From: an uncultured Candidatus Saccharibacteria bacterium | GTDB lineage: Bacteria; Patescibacteriota; Minisyncoccia; Phycocordibacterales; SBAW01 | NCBI GenBank assembly: GCA_964420015.1 | Contig: CAYQPO010000001.1 | Location: 23,048-87,047 of the forward strand | Direction: 5' to 3' | DNA: 64,000 nt | Part shown: in pieces, positions 56,162-64,000 of the stretch | Position numbering within the stretch: the stretch's first letter is position 1 | Layout of the letters: every line of letters begins with the position of its first letter | Position numbers and translations under genes: made by a program | Notes under the pieces: model-generated | What the model was told of the DNA's origin: nothing | The model's input: only the letters and a program-made list of their open reading frames with translations | The model's database searches: none

Positions 56162-57698
56162 ATTGAGAAGCTTCGCGCAAGCGCTTAACTGCAAAATCAA
56201 CAGGAAGTGCAGTCAGAAACCATCCGGCCTTAGGTCCGCTTACTTTTGCAAAAAACGCAAGATATATTTCTTTAAACTTTTTATGCTCGTGTAATTTTGC
56301 ATGTAGCTCTTCGGCGGAAGGATGTTTGGTTTCGATAAAGTCAGCAATATCTGCGAGAATTTTCTTCTCTTCAGGAGAGAAATGCTTTGCTACTTCTGGT
56401 AACTCATCATGTAGCTTAAAAACAAACTTCTCCGGCGCGTAAGCCTCGAGCCAGCGCTTGGCATACTCGGCGCGCTCGCTGAGCTCGGTGCGCTCAACGG
56501 CGCTCAACACGCTGCCCTTTTGAACCTCAGCCTCTTTGTAGAGGTCCATATGGGGCATCTGCACGATAAACGCTACTTGGGAGAAGCGCACGACAAACCT
56601 TGCCTCAGGTACTTGGTGGCCCGGATGGATAAACTCAAACAACCGCGCGTAGTCATCGTCTTTGATCGTTTTGTATTGCTCAGCGAGTTTATCGTAGTGG
56701 TCGTAGAGCACAGGGATCGTGTCGCCCTCGGGGTCAAAGTTGATCGCCTGCATGACGTCTTTGCCCAGGAGCGCTAGCCTAAAGATCTTAGGAGGCACAA
56801 GGTCGGCTATCTCTTTGGCACTCGAACCGCGCCCTTTGCTCGAAGACATTTTTTTGCCGCCCACCAAAAAGAACTCATAGGGTGCATCTACCGGCGCCTC
56901 GTAAGCAAACACCTCTTGAGCAATGTGCGCCGCAACATCGCGCGCACCGCCTTTAGTTGAGTGGTCTTTGCCTGCGCCCTCGACCATTACTCCAACCACC
57001 TTCCACTTTGCCGGCCACTCGACCTTGAAAGGAAACTTTGCTTTGCCGCCAAAGGGAGAGACCTTGCCCTCATGCCCGCAACCCTCCGCCCATTTCACCA
57101 AAGCCCTTTCGCAACGATAGCTTACGAGCTGCCCGTCAAACCCAGTCACTTGGGTGGTGCCTACCTTGCCACACGCCTCGCAAATAACTTGCAACGGGTA
57201 CCAATCGTCGGGCTTTACTGAGCCGGAAACTTCTTTGTAGATGCGGCGAATGTCTTTGGCGTGCGTAAGTGCGATACGGATCATCTCATCCATCTTGCCC
57301 GAAAAGTACAGCTCGCTGACGTTATAAAACTCTGGCGTCCACCCTGAGGCACGGATCACCTGTTTAAACTCCTCGGCAAAGTATTCGGCAAAATTGGCAG
57401 CTTTACCATCAGGCGAAGGGACAGAGCGTAGCGGTTTGCCCATGTATACGCGAAACTCCTCGGGCAAATACTCGGGGAACCCATCCATAGGATCCATATC
57501 GTTAAACTCATATTTAAAAACATTTTTAGCACCCTGCGCGCTGAGCGCTTCAGAAATCGCCCCATGGATAGCGACGCCGCGCATCGAGCCCACATGTACG
57601 CGGCCTGAGGGGGTCTTTTCGTCGCGGATCAAGATGGACTTCTTGCCAAAGCGCGCAATAACCTCCCCCGCGATGCGGTCTGCCCAAAACATGCCCAA
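56160..57698 (-). CDS. lysK: lysine--tRNA ligase, class I (archaeal type)
   Basis: N-terminal WAD...TPSGRVHVGSMRG (class I LysRS HIGH-type motif) and KKMSSSKG (KMSKS variant typical of LysRS-I); 512 aa; no DALR/arginyl features. Confidence 0.6.
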   Translation of the reverse strand: MGMFWADRIAGEVIARFGKKSILIRDEKTPSGRVHVGSMRGVAIHGAISEALSAQGAKNVFKYEFNDMDPMDGFPEYLPEEFRVYMGKPLRSVPSPDGKAANFAEYFAEEFKQVIRASGWTPEFYNVSELYFSGKMDEMIRIALTHAKDIRRIYKEVSGSVKPDDWYPLQVICEACGKVGTTQVTGFDGQLVSYRCERALVKWAEGCGHEGKVSPFGGKAKFPFKVEWPAKWKVVGVMVEGAGKDHSTKGGARDVAAHIAQEVFAYEAPVDAPYEFFLVGGKKMSSSKGRGSSAKEIADLVPPKIFRLALLGKDVMQAINFDPEGDTIPVLYDHYDKLAEQYKTIKDDDYARLFEFIHPGHQVPEARFVVRFSQVAFIVQMPHMDLYKEAEVQKGSVLSAVERTELSERAEYAKRWLEAYAPEKFVFKLHDELPEVAKHFSPEEKKILADIADFIETKHPSAEELHAKLHEHKKFKEIYLAFFAKVSGPKAGWFLTALPVDFAVKRLREASQ

Positions 57699-57889
57699 AT
57701 TGTAGCGTATTTTTGAGCTTTTTTCTGCTCTTTCCCAGAAGACTTGACAAGAAATAGGGGGTATGCTATCATTGCCTTCAAGCAGTTCCTCAAAGCCGAC
57801 CCACCCCCTCCCCGATCAACAGGGTCGGCCTCCCCGCCGCCAGCGCTCCCCCCAGCACTGGCGGCATTTTCTTTTTATAAAATTGTTCC

Positions 57890-57918
57890 TTGACGCAGAG
57901 ACAAATATTCAGTATTAT
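57890..57918 (+). promoter_or_regulatory. sigma-70-like promoter (TTGACG, 17-nt spacer, TATTAT)
   Basis: hexamers read directly, about 38 nt upstream of the 57957 ORF. Confidence 0.45.
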
Positions 57919-57956
57919 CGTCGAGTTGTACATTCAAGGGGAAGAAAGGATAGATC

Positions 57957-58223
57957 ATGCCCCAAAAGCAAGCGAGTGCAGCGTCCACCAAGTCAAAGCA
58001 TGCGCAAGCCGGGGAGAAACCGGATCCGCACGCTGAGCTTCGGAGGCAGATCGGTCAATTGGTGAAGACGCCCGGCATTGGGCTCTTCAGCAAGGCGACC
58101 GGCGTCGCACAGGAGACGCTGCTCGGTATCGTCGAAGGTTCCGTGGATCCGGCCACACACGAGTTGCGGCGGATCAACGAGAAACTCGAGTGCTTCGGCG
58201 GTCCGCACAAGACTGAGCACTAA
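57957..58223 (+). CDS. small XRE-like helix-turn-helix protein
   Basis: GAAGAAAGGA RBS; GLFSKATGVAQETLLGIVEG resembles an XRE-family HTH. Confidence 0.45.
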   Translation: MPQKQASAASTKSKHAQAGEKPDPHAELRRQIGQLVKTPGIGLFSKATGVAQETLLGIVEGSVDPATHELRRINEKLECFGGPHKTEH

Positions 58224-58295
58224 CCGGTTTCGTCGCCGGAGTACCAAGACGACAGGATTGCGTCAGACAAGCAATAGACGGCTCCTCTATGCCGC

Positions 58296-58332
58296 AAAAA
58301 GCCCCGGGAGAACCCCGGGGCTTTTAATTTTT
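58296..58332. terminator. bidirectional rho-independent terminator
   Basis: AAAAA-GCCCCGGG-agaa-CCCCGGGGC-TTTTAATTTTTT. Confidence 0.65.
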
Positions 58333-58793
58333 TAATCGACCTTAAGAATTTTATATTTTTGCGTTCCGCGCGGGGTGTGAAAGGAGAACTCATCCCCTTT
58401 CTTTTTGCCCATTAGTGCAGCGCCGAGCGGTGAGTGGTACGAAACTTTACCCTCCAAAATGTTGGCCTCCTCAGCACCAACAATCGTGTAGGTGTGCTTA
58501 TCCTCCCCACCAAGTTTTTGGACTGACACCGAAGTGCCCATGCCGACCGTGTCGCCCTTGCCTCCGCGGACAATCTTAGCGTTTTTTAAAATACCTTCCA
58601 GCTTAGTGATCCGCTCCTCAACGGCGGCCTGCATCTCGCGCGCCTCTTGATACTCGGCGTTTTCAGAGAGGTCGCCAAGCGAGCGTGCATACTCGAGTTG
58701 TTCGGCCACCTCTTTGCGCCGGGTAGTGCGTAGCTCGTCGAGCTCGCGGGTCAGTTCCTCGAACTTTTCTTGGGAGATAAGCTCTTCAGTCAT
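58332..58793 (-). CDS. greA: transcription elongation factor GreA
   Basis: N-terminal coiled-coil with ...LSENAEYQEAREMQA and C-terminal FKBP-like domain; 153 aa. Confidence 0.85.
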   Translation of the reverse strand: MTEELISQEKFEELTRELDELRTTRRKEVAEQLEYARSLGDLSENAEYQEAREMQAAVEERITKLEGILKNAKIVRGGKGDTVGMGTSVSVQKLGGEDKHTYTIVGAEEANILEGKVSYHSPLGAALMGKKKGDEFSFHTPRGTQKYKILKVD

Positions 58794-58836
58794 GTTTGAG
58801 TCATTAGTGTATAGGAAGTACAGATTATTGCAAGGC

Positions 58837-60516
58837 TTACTGCAGGTACTCAGGTGCCTCGGTGTTGATGGTATTAAAGAAGTCGCTCATTACGATCGAG
58901 CCGCCGATGGGCGTATTGGCGGGCATGTGCTCAAGCACCACCGCGTAGGCGTAGTGCGGGTTCTCATACGGCCAAAAGCCGACCATCCAGGCGTTTTGCT
59001 TTTCGTTATGTAGACCAACTTGGGCGGTACCAGTCTTGGCCGCCACATGCACGAAGGGAAAGTTTACTGCTGTGGCGATGCCTGCCGTAACCCCTTGACG
59101 CATGCCCTCGCGACTAATTTCAAGGTTGGCAGGAGTAACATTGATCGCACTGAACTGTGCCGTACTTGAAGCCTGGAGCGTCGGGGCAAAGAGCTTGCCA
59201 CTTGCTACGCCCGCGATCATGCGCGCCGCTTGCAGAGGGGTGAGCTGCGTACCATATTGCCCTATCGCGGTGTGATAGGTGTCGCCCAGGCGCCACGGGT
59301 CCCCATTAAAGTTAGCGGCTTTCCACTCTGGGCTCGGTATCGTACCTGTCTTCTCTGAAAAACCCTTGAGCCCTGCATCTTGCCCGATGCCAAACATCCG
59401 CAGGTATTGATCGATCTTGGCAATACCGATCCCCTGCTGACTTTGAAACCCGCCGCCTACTTCGTAGAAAAACACATCTGAGGAGACTGCAATAGCATCG
59501 CGCACGGTCATAAGCCCGTTGATCCGCCAGTCTCTAAAAATGCTCGGATGCTCGGGGTCGTAGGCGTTTGGGACAGAGATTGATCCGGTAGAAAGAATAG
59601 TGGTACCGGGCGTAATGACGCCTTCTTGCAACGCCGCGGCGGCCATCACCGGTTTAACAATCGAACCGGGAGCGTAGAGACCGTCGGTTGCGCGGTTGAG
59701 AAATGGCATGCGCGGATCTTGGTTGTAGGCCGCGATGGCCGTTTTGTCACCGCCCACCATTATTCCAGGTGCATACTCCGGGTAGCTGGTGAGTGCGAGC
59801 AACTCGCCGGTGCGCACGTCCATAATCACGCCCGCAGCACCGGTTGCATTTGCATCGTTGGCGTGCTTCTTCAGCGAGTCGTAGAGCACTTGTGTAACTA
59901 CCGCATCCACCGAGAGCACGAGTTTTTGTCCGTTGAGGGGCGCTTGCGTTGCCGCAGAAGAGACCACCTTGCCGCGCGCATCGGTCTCGGTGAGCGTAAC
60001 ACCGTTCGAGCCTCTCAGTGTGGCGTCAAAAGCGCACTCTGCCCCATCGACGCCCAAAAACGCATCGCGATAGTAAAAACCCGAGGAGTCTTTTGCCGGC
60101 GGCTTAACATAGCCCACCACATGGCCCAAGCCGCGGTACGCGGCGTAGACGCGCGTTGCAAATTCGTTGGTCGAGGTTGCGTCGGCCCTTTCGTTCCATG
60201 CAAGTTCGCGGCCCTCCCGGTCGACAATTATGCCGCGATCGGCAAACAGCACGCGTTGCTCGAGCTGATTGTCCCTGGCCTGCTTAGCGTACGCTACTCC
60301 ATTGAGGACTTGGAGGTCGCCAGCGCGGCCAAACAAAAAGAGCGCAACCAACGAAAGTATCACGCCCGATACGATAAGCGAACGCTCGCCTAAGGGGCGC
60401 TCAAGACGCCCCTCGAAGCGCTCGACGTCGAGCTCTGAGAGATTGGCCGAGTCAATGAGGATTTCATCGGGGTCTACCTGGACACGTCGACGCTTCTTAC
60501 CCCAGAGGCTGCGCAT
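58837..60516 (-). CDS. mrdA: penicillin-binding protein 2 (elongasome transpeptidase)
   Basis: N-terminal TM, SxxK (GSIVKP), SxD/N, KTGTA; adjacent to mreBCD. Confidence 0.75.
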   Translation of the reverse strand: MRSLWGKKRRRVQVDPDEILIDSANLSELDVERFEGRLERPLGERSLIVSGVILSLVALFLFGRAGDLQVLNGVAYAKQARDNQLEQRVLFADRGIIVDREGRELAWNERADATSTNEFATRVYAAYRGLGHVVGYVKPPAKDSSGFYYRDAFLGVDGAECAFDATLRGSNGVTLTETDARGKVVSSAATQAPLNGQKLVLSVDAVVTQVLYDSLKKHANDANATGAAGVIMDVRTGELLALTSYPEYAPGIMVGGDKTAIAAYNQDPRMPFLNRATDGLYAPGSIVKPVMAAAALQEGVITPGTTILSTGSISVPNAYDPEHPSIFRDWRINGLMTVRDAIAVSSDVFFYEVGGGFQSQQGIGIAKIDQYLRMFGIGQDAGLKGFSEKTGTIPSPEWKAANFNGDPWRLGDTYHTAIGQYGTQLTPLQAARMIAGVASGKLFAPTLQASSTAQFSAINVTPANLEISREGMRQGVTAGIATAVNFPFVHVAAKTGTAQVGLHNEKQNAWMVGFWPYENPHYAYAVVLEHMPANTPIGGSIVMSDFFNTINTEAPEYLQ

Positions 60517-60557
60517 CAGAAGAGTATACCCGCCCAGATTCGCTTAGGCGAGGCCGC

Positions 60558-60857
60558 CTAAATTTTTTCCTGCAGGCTGCGGTCGATTAAATAGCGCCTT
60601 CCCCACACCCGCAGTGCAGCACACACTGCGGCAAACAAAGTAAGCGGAAAATAAAAATACTTCGCAGTCTCCATTGGTGCTCCCCATGCTACGTCGACAA
60701 GCAGTGCAACTAATATTGCAAAAACCCACCGCCCCGAGAACGCACACAAGGCGACCCCCAGCACCGTAAGCGGCCACAGAGGCAGTAGGAACCCCGCCGC
60801 AACGAGTACAAAAGTAGTGGCGTATAACCAACGACTCGCCTGTGACATAGTAGTCAA
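60558..60857 (-). CDS. mreD: rod shape-determining protein MreD (small polytopic membrane protein)
   Basis: 99 aa, 3 TM, positioned after mreC. Confidence 0.45.
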   Translation of the reverse strand: MTTMSQASRWLYATTFVLVAAGFLLPLWPLTVLGVALCAFSGRWVFAILVALLVDVAWGAPMETAKYFYFPLTLFAAVCAALRVWGRRYLIDRSLQEKI

Positions 60858-60860
60858 TCT

Positions 60861-61616
60861 TTATTCTCTAGTCTTCCACACCTCGACAAAACGCAGGTCC
60901 GCAGGATTGATCGGTAGACTCAAGTATACTGTAGCAAACGATTCGCCCTCGCCGCCTTGTACTCCGACAACCGTTCCTATGAGCCCTCCGAGTACGCCGG
61001 GCAAAACTATTTGGTCACCCGCTACAACTTTGCTCCCCGCGGGCACCTGGGCGCTTAGTGATGACCCTCCCTGACCGACAACGGTTATCGGAAGCGCCTC
61101 GCCTGACTGCAAGGTGAGTATCCCCTCATATTTTTGTCCGGGCGAAGAGTAGAGGCTCACTTGTGCACTATGTAAATACACCTGTGTTACGGTGCCGATG
61201 AGCACCGTGCCGGCTGCAGCAACACGATCGTCTACTGCAACACCCTCTTGCGAACCAGCGTCGATGATCAGCGTGTCGTAGGGTGTAGCGGGCGGACGAA
61301 GCAAGACACCGGCCAAGATACGCTGCACGTGCACCTCGCGCCCAAGCCGACTCTTCAGATCGAGATTTTCTTGATAGAGTGCGTCGCGATCGGCAACTAA
61401 TGCCTCAAGCGTGGTGGTGGCCAAGCCGCTTGCATACCGTGTATGCAGTAGAGGCGCGAGCGCTTGCATAAGCGCGCCCTGCAAGGGTACCTGCCACAGC
61501 CACACCAGAAGGACCACAAGCATCACAAAGCTCACCCACCCTATGTCCGCATAACGATTGCGCCTCCGACCAGAGGTTCTGAGTCTATCGAACGAATTAT
61601 TCGAGATCATCATCAT
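60861..61616 (-). CDS. mreC: rod shape-determining protein MreC
   Basis: N-terminal TM, coiled-coil, beta-rich C-domain with ...VVGQGG..; follows mreB. Confidence 0.8.
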   Translation of the reverse strand: MMMISNNSFDRLRTSGRRRNRYADIGWVSFVMLVVLLVWLWQVPLQGALMQALAPLLHTRYASGLATTTLEALVADRDALYQENLDLKSRLGREVHVQRILAGVLLRPPATPYDTLIIDAGSQEGVAVDDRVAAAGTVLIGTVTQVYLHSAQVSLYSSPGQKYEGILTLQSGEALPITVVGQGGSSLSAQVPAGSKVVAGDQIVLPGVLGGLIGTVVGVQGGEGESFATVYLSLPINPADLRFVEVWKTRE

Positions 61617-62652
61617 GTTCAGAAAGCATGTCGCGATGGAGCTCCAGGTTCTCCAATACTACGCCGGTGCCGCGCGCGACCGCGGTGAGCGGGTCGTCGG
61701 CGACCACAACTGGCACCTTGAGCCACTCCTGCAAGAGTGTATCGAGCCCCTTGAGCAAGGAGCCACCCCCGGTGAGTACGATCCCCGAGCGCATGATGTC
61801 GGAGAGGATTTCGGGCGGCGTGGTTTCGAGCACTTCGCGGACCGACTCGATGAGCGTGTCAATCGACTGTGAGATCGCCTCGCGGATGTCTTGGTCGGTA
61901 ATCACCACCTCGCGCGGCAGCCCGGTGATGAGGTCGCGGCCGCGGATAGCAGCCTCAAGGTGCCCAGCTCCTTCGGAGACTGAGCCGATGGCGATTTTGA
62001 CCGCCTCGGCGGTCTTGTCGCCGATGAGCATTTTAAACTCGCCGCGCACATAGGCCACGATATCTTGGTTGAGCTTTTCGCCCGCGATACGCAGATTTTT
62101 GCTCCGCACAATGCCTCCCAAGGAGAGCACCGCGATGTCGGTGTTGCCCCCGCCGATGTCTACCAGCATCGAGCCGCTCGCCTCGCGTATCGGCAGGCGC
62201 ACACCAAGCGCGGCGGCGATCGGCTCTTCGATGATGTGCACCTCGCGTGCGCCGGCATTCTGCGCTGCGTCTTTGACCGCGCGCATTTCAACGTTAGTGA
62301 TGCCGCTGGGGACACCGATAACCACCCGGGGGCCGAGCATTTTTTTGCTCACGCCTTGCGCGCGGTTCATTAAATAAGACAGCATCTCCTCGGTTGCTTC
62401 AAAGTCGGAGACGACTCCGTCGACTAACGGTTTAACCGCCACCAGGTGCCCTGGGGTGCGGCCAAGCATATCTTTGGCAACAGAGCCCACTGCAACTACT
62501 TGACTGGTTTTTTGGTTGACCGCCACGACCGAGGGCTCATTGACCACGATCCCCTTGCCACGCAAATAGACCAGTGTGTTTGCAGTGCCCAGGTCAACTC
62601 CAATGTCGTTGCTTACGAGTGGGAAAAATCGATCGGTAAAGCGTCTAGGCAT
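61597..62652 (-). CDS. mreB: rod shape-determining protein MreB
   Basis: NDIGVDLGTANTLVY phosphate-1 and DIGGGNTDIAVL phosphate-2 motifs; start moved to internal ATG. Confidence 0.9.
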   Translation of the reverse strand: MPRRFTDRFFPLVSNDIGVDLGTANTLVYLRGKGIVVNEPSVVAVNQKTSQVVAVGSVAKDMLGRTPGHLVAVKPLVDGVVSDFEATEEMLSYLMNRAQGVSKKMLGPRVVIGVPSGITNVEMRAVKDAAQNAGAREVHIIEEPIAAALGVRLPIREASGSMLVDIGGGNTDIAVLSLGGIVRSKNLRIAGEKLNQDIVAYVRGEFKMLIGDKTAEAVKIAIGSVSEGAGHLEAAIRGRDLITGLPREVVITDQDIREAISQSIDTLIESVREVLETTPPEILSDIMRSGIVLTGGGSLLKGLDTLLQEWLKVPVVVADDPLTAVARGTGVVLENLELHRDMLSEHDDDLE

Positions 62653-63907
62653 GAGAGGAAGAAAGGTATTGCAGCAAGTCAGAGAGTGAACGGTGATGCG
62701 TCGCGCCTGTAGAGCGTTCAACACACTCAAACTCGCCCGCAGCGAGTGTTTTTTGAGAAACCACCACCCTAAGCGGGATGCCGATCAGTTCGCTGTCGGC
62801 GAACTTCTCCCCCGCGCGCAGGTCGCGGTCGTCGAAGAGCACATCAACACCTGCGGTTTGCAGCTGCTCGTAGAGCTCCTGGGCTTCTTTCTTGACCTCC
62901 CCCTCTTCGCCGAGTTGGATCAAGTGCACACGGAAAGGCGCAATAGACGTTGGCCAAACCAACCCTTTGTCGTCTGCCATAAGCTCGGCCACGGTCGCCA
63001 TCACGCGGGCTGGGCCTATACCGTAGGAGCCCATAAAGACCGGCTTATTGCTCCCCTCTTGGTCTTTGTATACAAGGCCAAGCGCGTCAGAAAAGCGCGT
63101 GCCTAGCGTAAAGATGTTCCCCACCTCGATCGCTTTAGCCTCTTTGAGCATGGCTTTGTTAATGCCGGTCGTTCTGTACACTTCGGGGTCGTCATACACC
63201 TCTTTGTTGATCGCCAGTTGGGACGCTTCGTCTATATAGATGACATCCTCCCCCGCTTCGCACACCGTTTGAAATTCGTGACTGTATTTTGAAAAGCTCC
63301 CGCCAGAGGCAAAGGTCATATAGGTCTTTTCTCCCAACCCTATACGCTCAAACACACGCTTGTAGGCCTCGGCCGCTTTTTCATAAAACTGGGCGTGTTC
63401 GGCCTCATCTTTGGAAAACGAGTAGAGATCCTTCATCACGAACTCGCGGGTGCGCATGAGGCCGCTTTTTGCGCGCGTTTCGTTGCGAAACTTTGTTTGA
63501 AATTGATACGGATAGGTGGGCAAGTCGCGCCAACTCGAGAGCTGCTCGCGCATAAGGAGCGTGAGCGGCTCTTCGTGAGTAAACCCGAGCCCCAATTCGC
63601 CACCGCCCTTAAGCTCGGTCTTAAACCATGCGTCGACCCTTTCATCATTCCAGCGATCGGTCGCTTTCCAAATGCGTGGGTCCTGCAGGGCTGAGAGGTG
63701 TAGCTCGACCCCGCCAATGTTGTTCATCTCTTCACGGATAATTTGCACCACCTTCTCAAATGTGCGCAAGCCTAAGGGTAAGAGATCGTAGACGCCCGCC
63801 ATCTCTTTGTGGATGTAACCGGCACGAATGAGGAGCTGCGCGTTTTTAGAAACCTCGTCTGCAGGTGCTTCGCGCCGCGTTTTGGTAAACAGCTGAGATT
63901 GCCGCAT
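62645..63907 (-). CDS. proS: proline--tRNA ligase, archaeal/eukaryotic-type short form (420 aa)
   Basis: class II motifs (FRNE-type ...KFRNETRAKSGLMRTREF motif 2, GSYGIG motif 3), no bacterial insertion domain. Confidence 0.85.
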   Translation of the reverse strand: MRQSQLFTKTRREAPADEVSKNAQLLIRAGYIHKEMAGVYDLLPLGLRTFEKVVQIIREEMNNIGGVELHLSALQDPRIWKATDRWNDERVDAWFKTELKGGGELGLGFTHEEPLTLLMREQLSSWRDLPTYPYQFQTKFRNETRAKSGLMRTREFVMKDLYSFSKDEAEHAQFYEKAAEAYKRVFERIGLGEKTYMTFASGGSFSKYSHEFQTVCEAGEDVIYIDEASQLAINKEVYDDPEVYRTTGINKAMLKEAKAIEVGNIFTLGTRFSDALGLVYKDQEGSNKPVFMGSYGIGPARVMATVAELMADDKGLVWPTSIAPFRVHLIQLGEEGEVKKEAQELYEQLQTAGVDVLFDDRDLRAGEKFADSELIGIPLRVVVSQKTLAAGEFECVERSTGATHHRSLSDLLQYLSSSHA

Positions 63908-64000
63908 GGGCCTTATTGTAGGGCTAAAAGTATAAGTTGCAAAACAAGAGCAAAAATGTCAGAGTCATACCAAAGTACACCAACGGAGGGGTCAATGTCA

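Noticed and set aside
59626-60393. 255-aa plus-strand ORF
   Set aside because: Antisense to mrdA (PBP2). Arg/Cys/His-rich shadow frame.
1-64000. CRISPR arrays, rRNA genes, IS/transposase or integrase genes
   Set aside because: None seen. No regularly spaced direct repeats, no 16S/23S/5S-like conserved blocks, and no DDE/tyrosine-recombinase-like ORFs. The only candidate mobile-element signatures are the small inverted repeats reported in the findings.

Overview
The window is a gene-dense chromosomal segment from a small-genome bacterium. Typical genes run about 56-60% GC, and roughly 90% of the sequence is coding. My inference from content is a Patescibacteria/CPR-like organism (Saccharibacteria-like): archaeal-type AspRS and ProRS, a class I LysRS, an AlaRS lacking the C-Ala domain, a type IV pilin, many short hypothetical membrane proteins, and few Shine-Dalgarno sites. 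Essentially all of it is housekeeping. The annotated genes are:
- a DNA-repair trio: PD-(D/E)XK nuclease, MGMT-like alkyltransferase domain, and ung;
- pepF and alaS;
- a ribosomal-protein/rpoA block (infA-rpmJ-rpsM-rpsK-rpsD-rpoA-rplQ, rplM-rpsI);
- a grpE-dnaK-(ABC exporter)-dnaJ chaperone locus, preceded by a divergent YerC/TrpR-like regulator that is bracketed by two copies of a 26-bp palindrome;
- trpS, which sits in a conspicuously low-GC pocket, and aspS;
- scpAB;
- half of a division/cell-wall cluster (D-Ala-D-Ala carboxypeptidase, mraY, ftsW, murG) and, about 21 kb away, its other half (mraZ-rsmH-ftsL-ftsI-murF);
- gltX, an M23 peptidase, and an ABC-2 transporter;
- a roughly 3-kb low-coding-density patch next to tRNA-Pro, with orphan small ORFs, repeated motifs and a lysozyme-like gene;
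- a 3'-5' exonuclease paired with a membrane protein carrying an Ada-like Zn-binding domain;
- rpmA, separated from rplU by about 8.6 kb and on the opposite strand;
- rplI, ctp, corA, cysS, dnaB, recR, aroK, rmuC, a GatB/YqeY protein, tRNA-Glu, a type IV pilin, a class I lysyl-tRNA synthetase, greA, mrdA-mreDCB and proS.
I saw no CRISPR array, no rRNA, and no transposase or integrase. All calls rest on reading the supplied ORF translations and the raw sequence. No database search was run.
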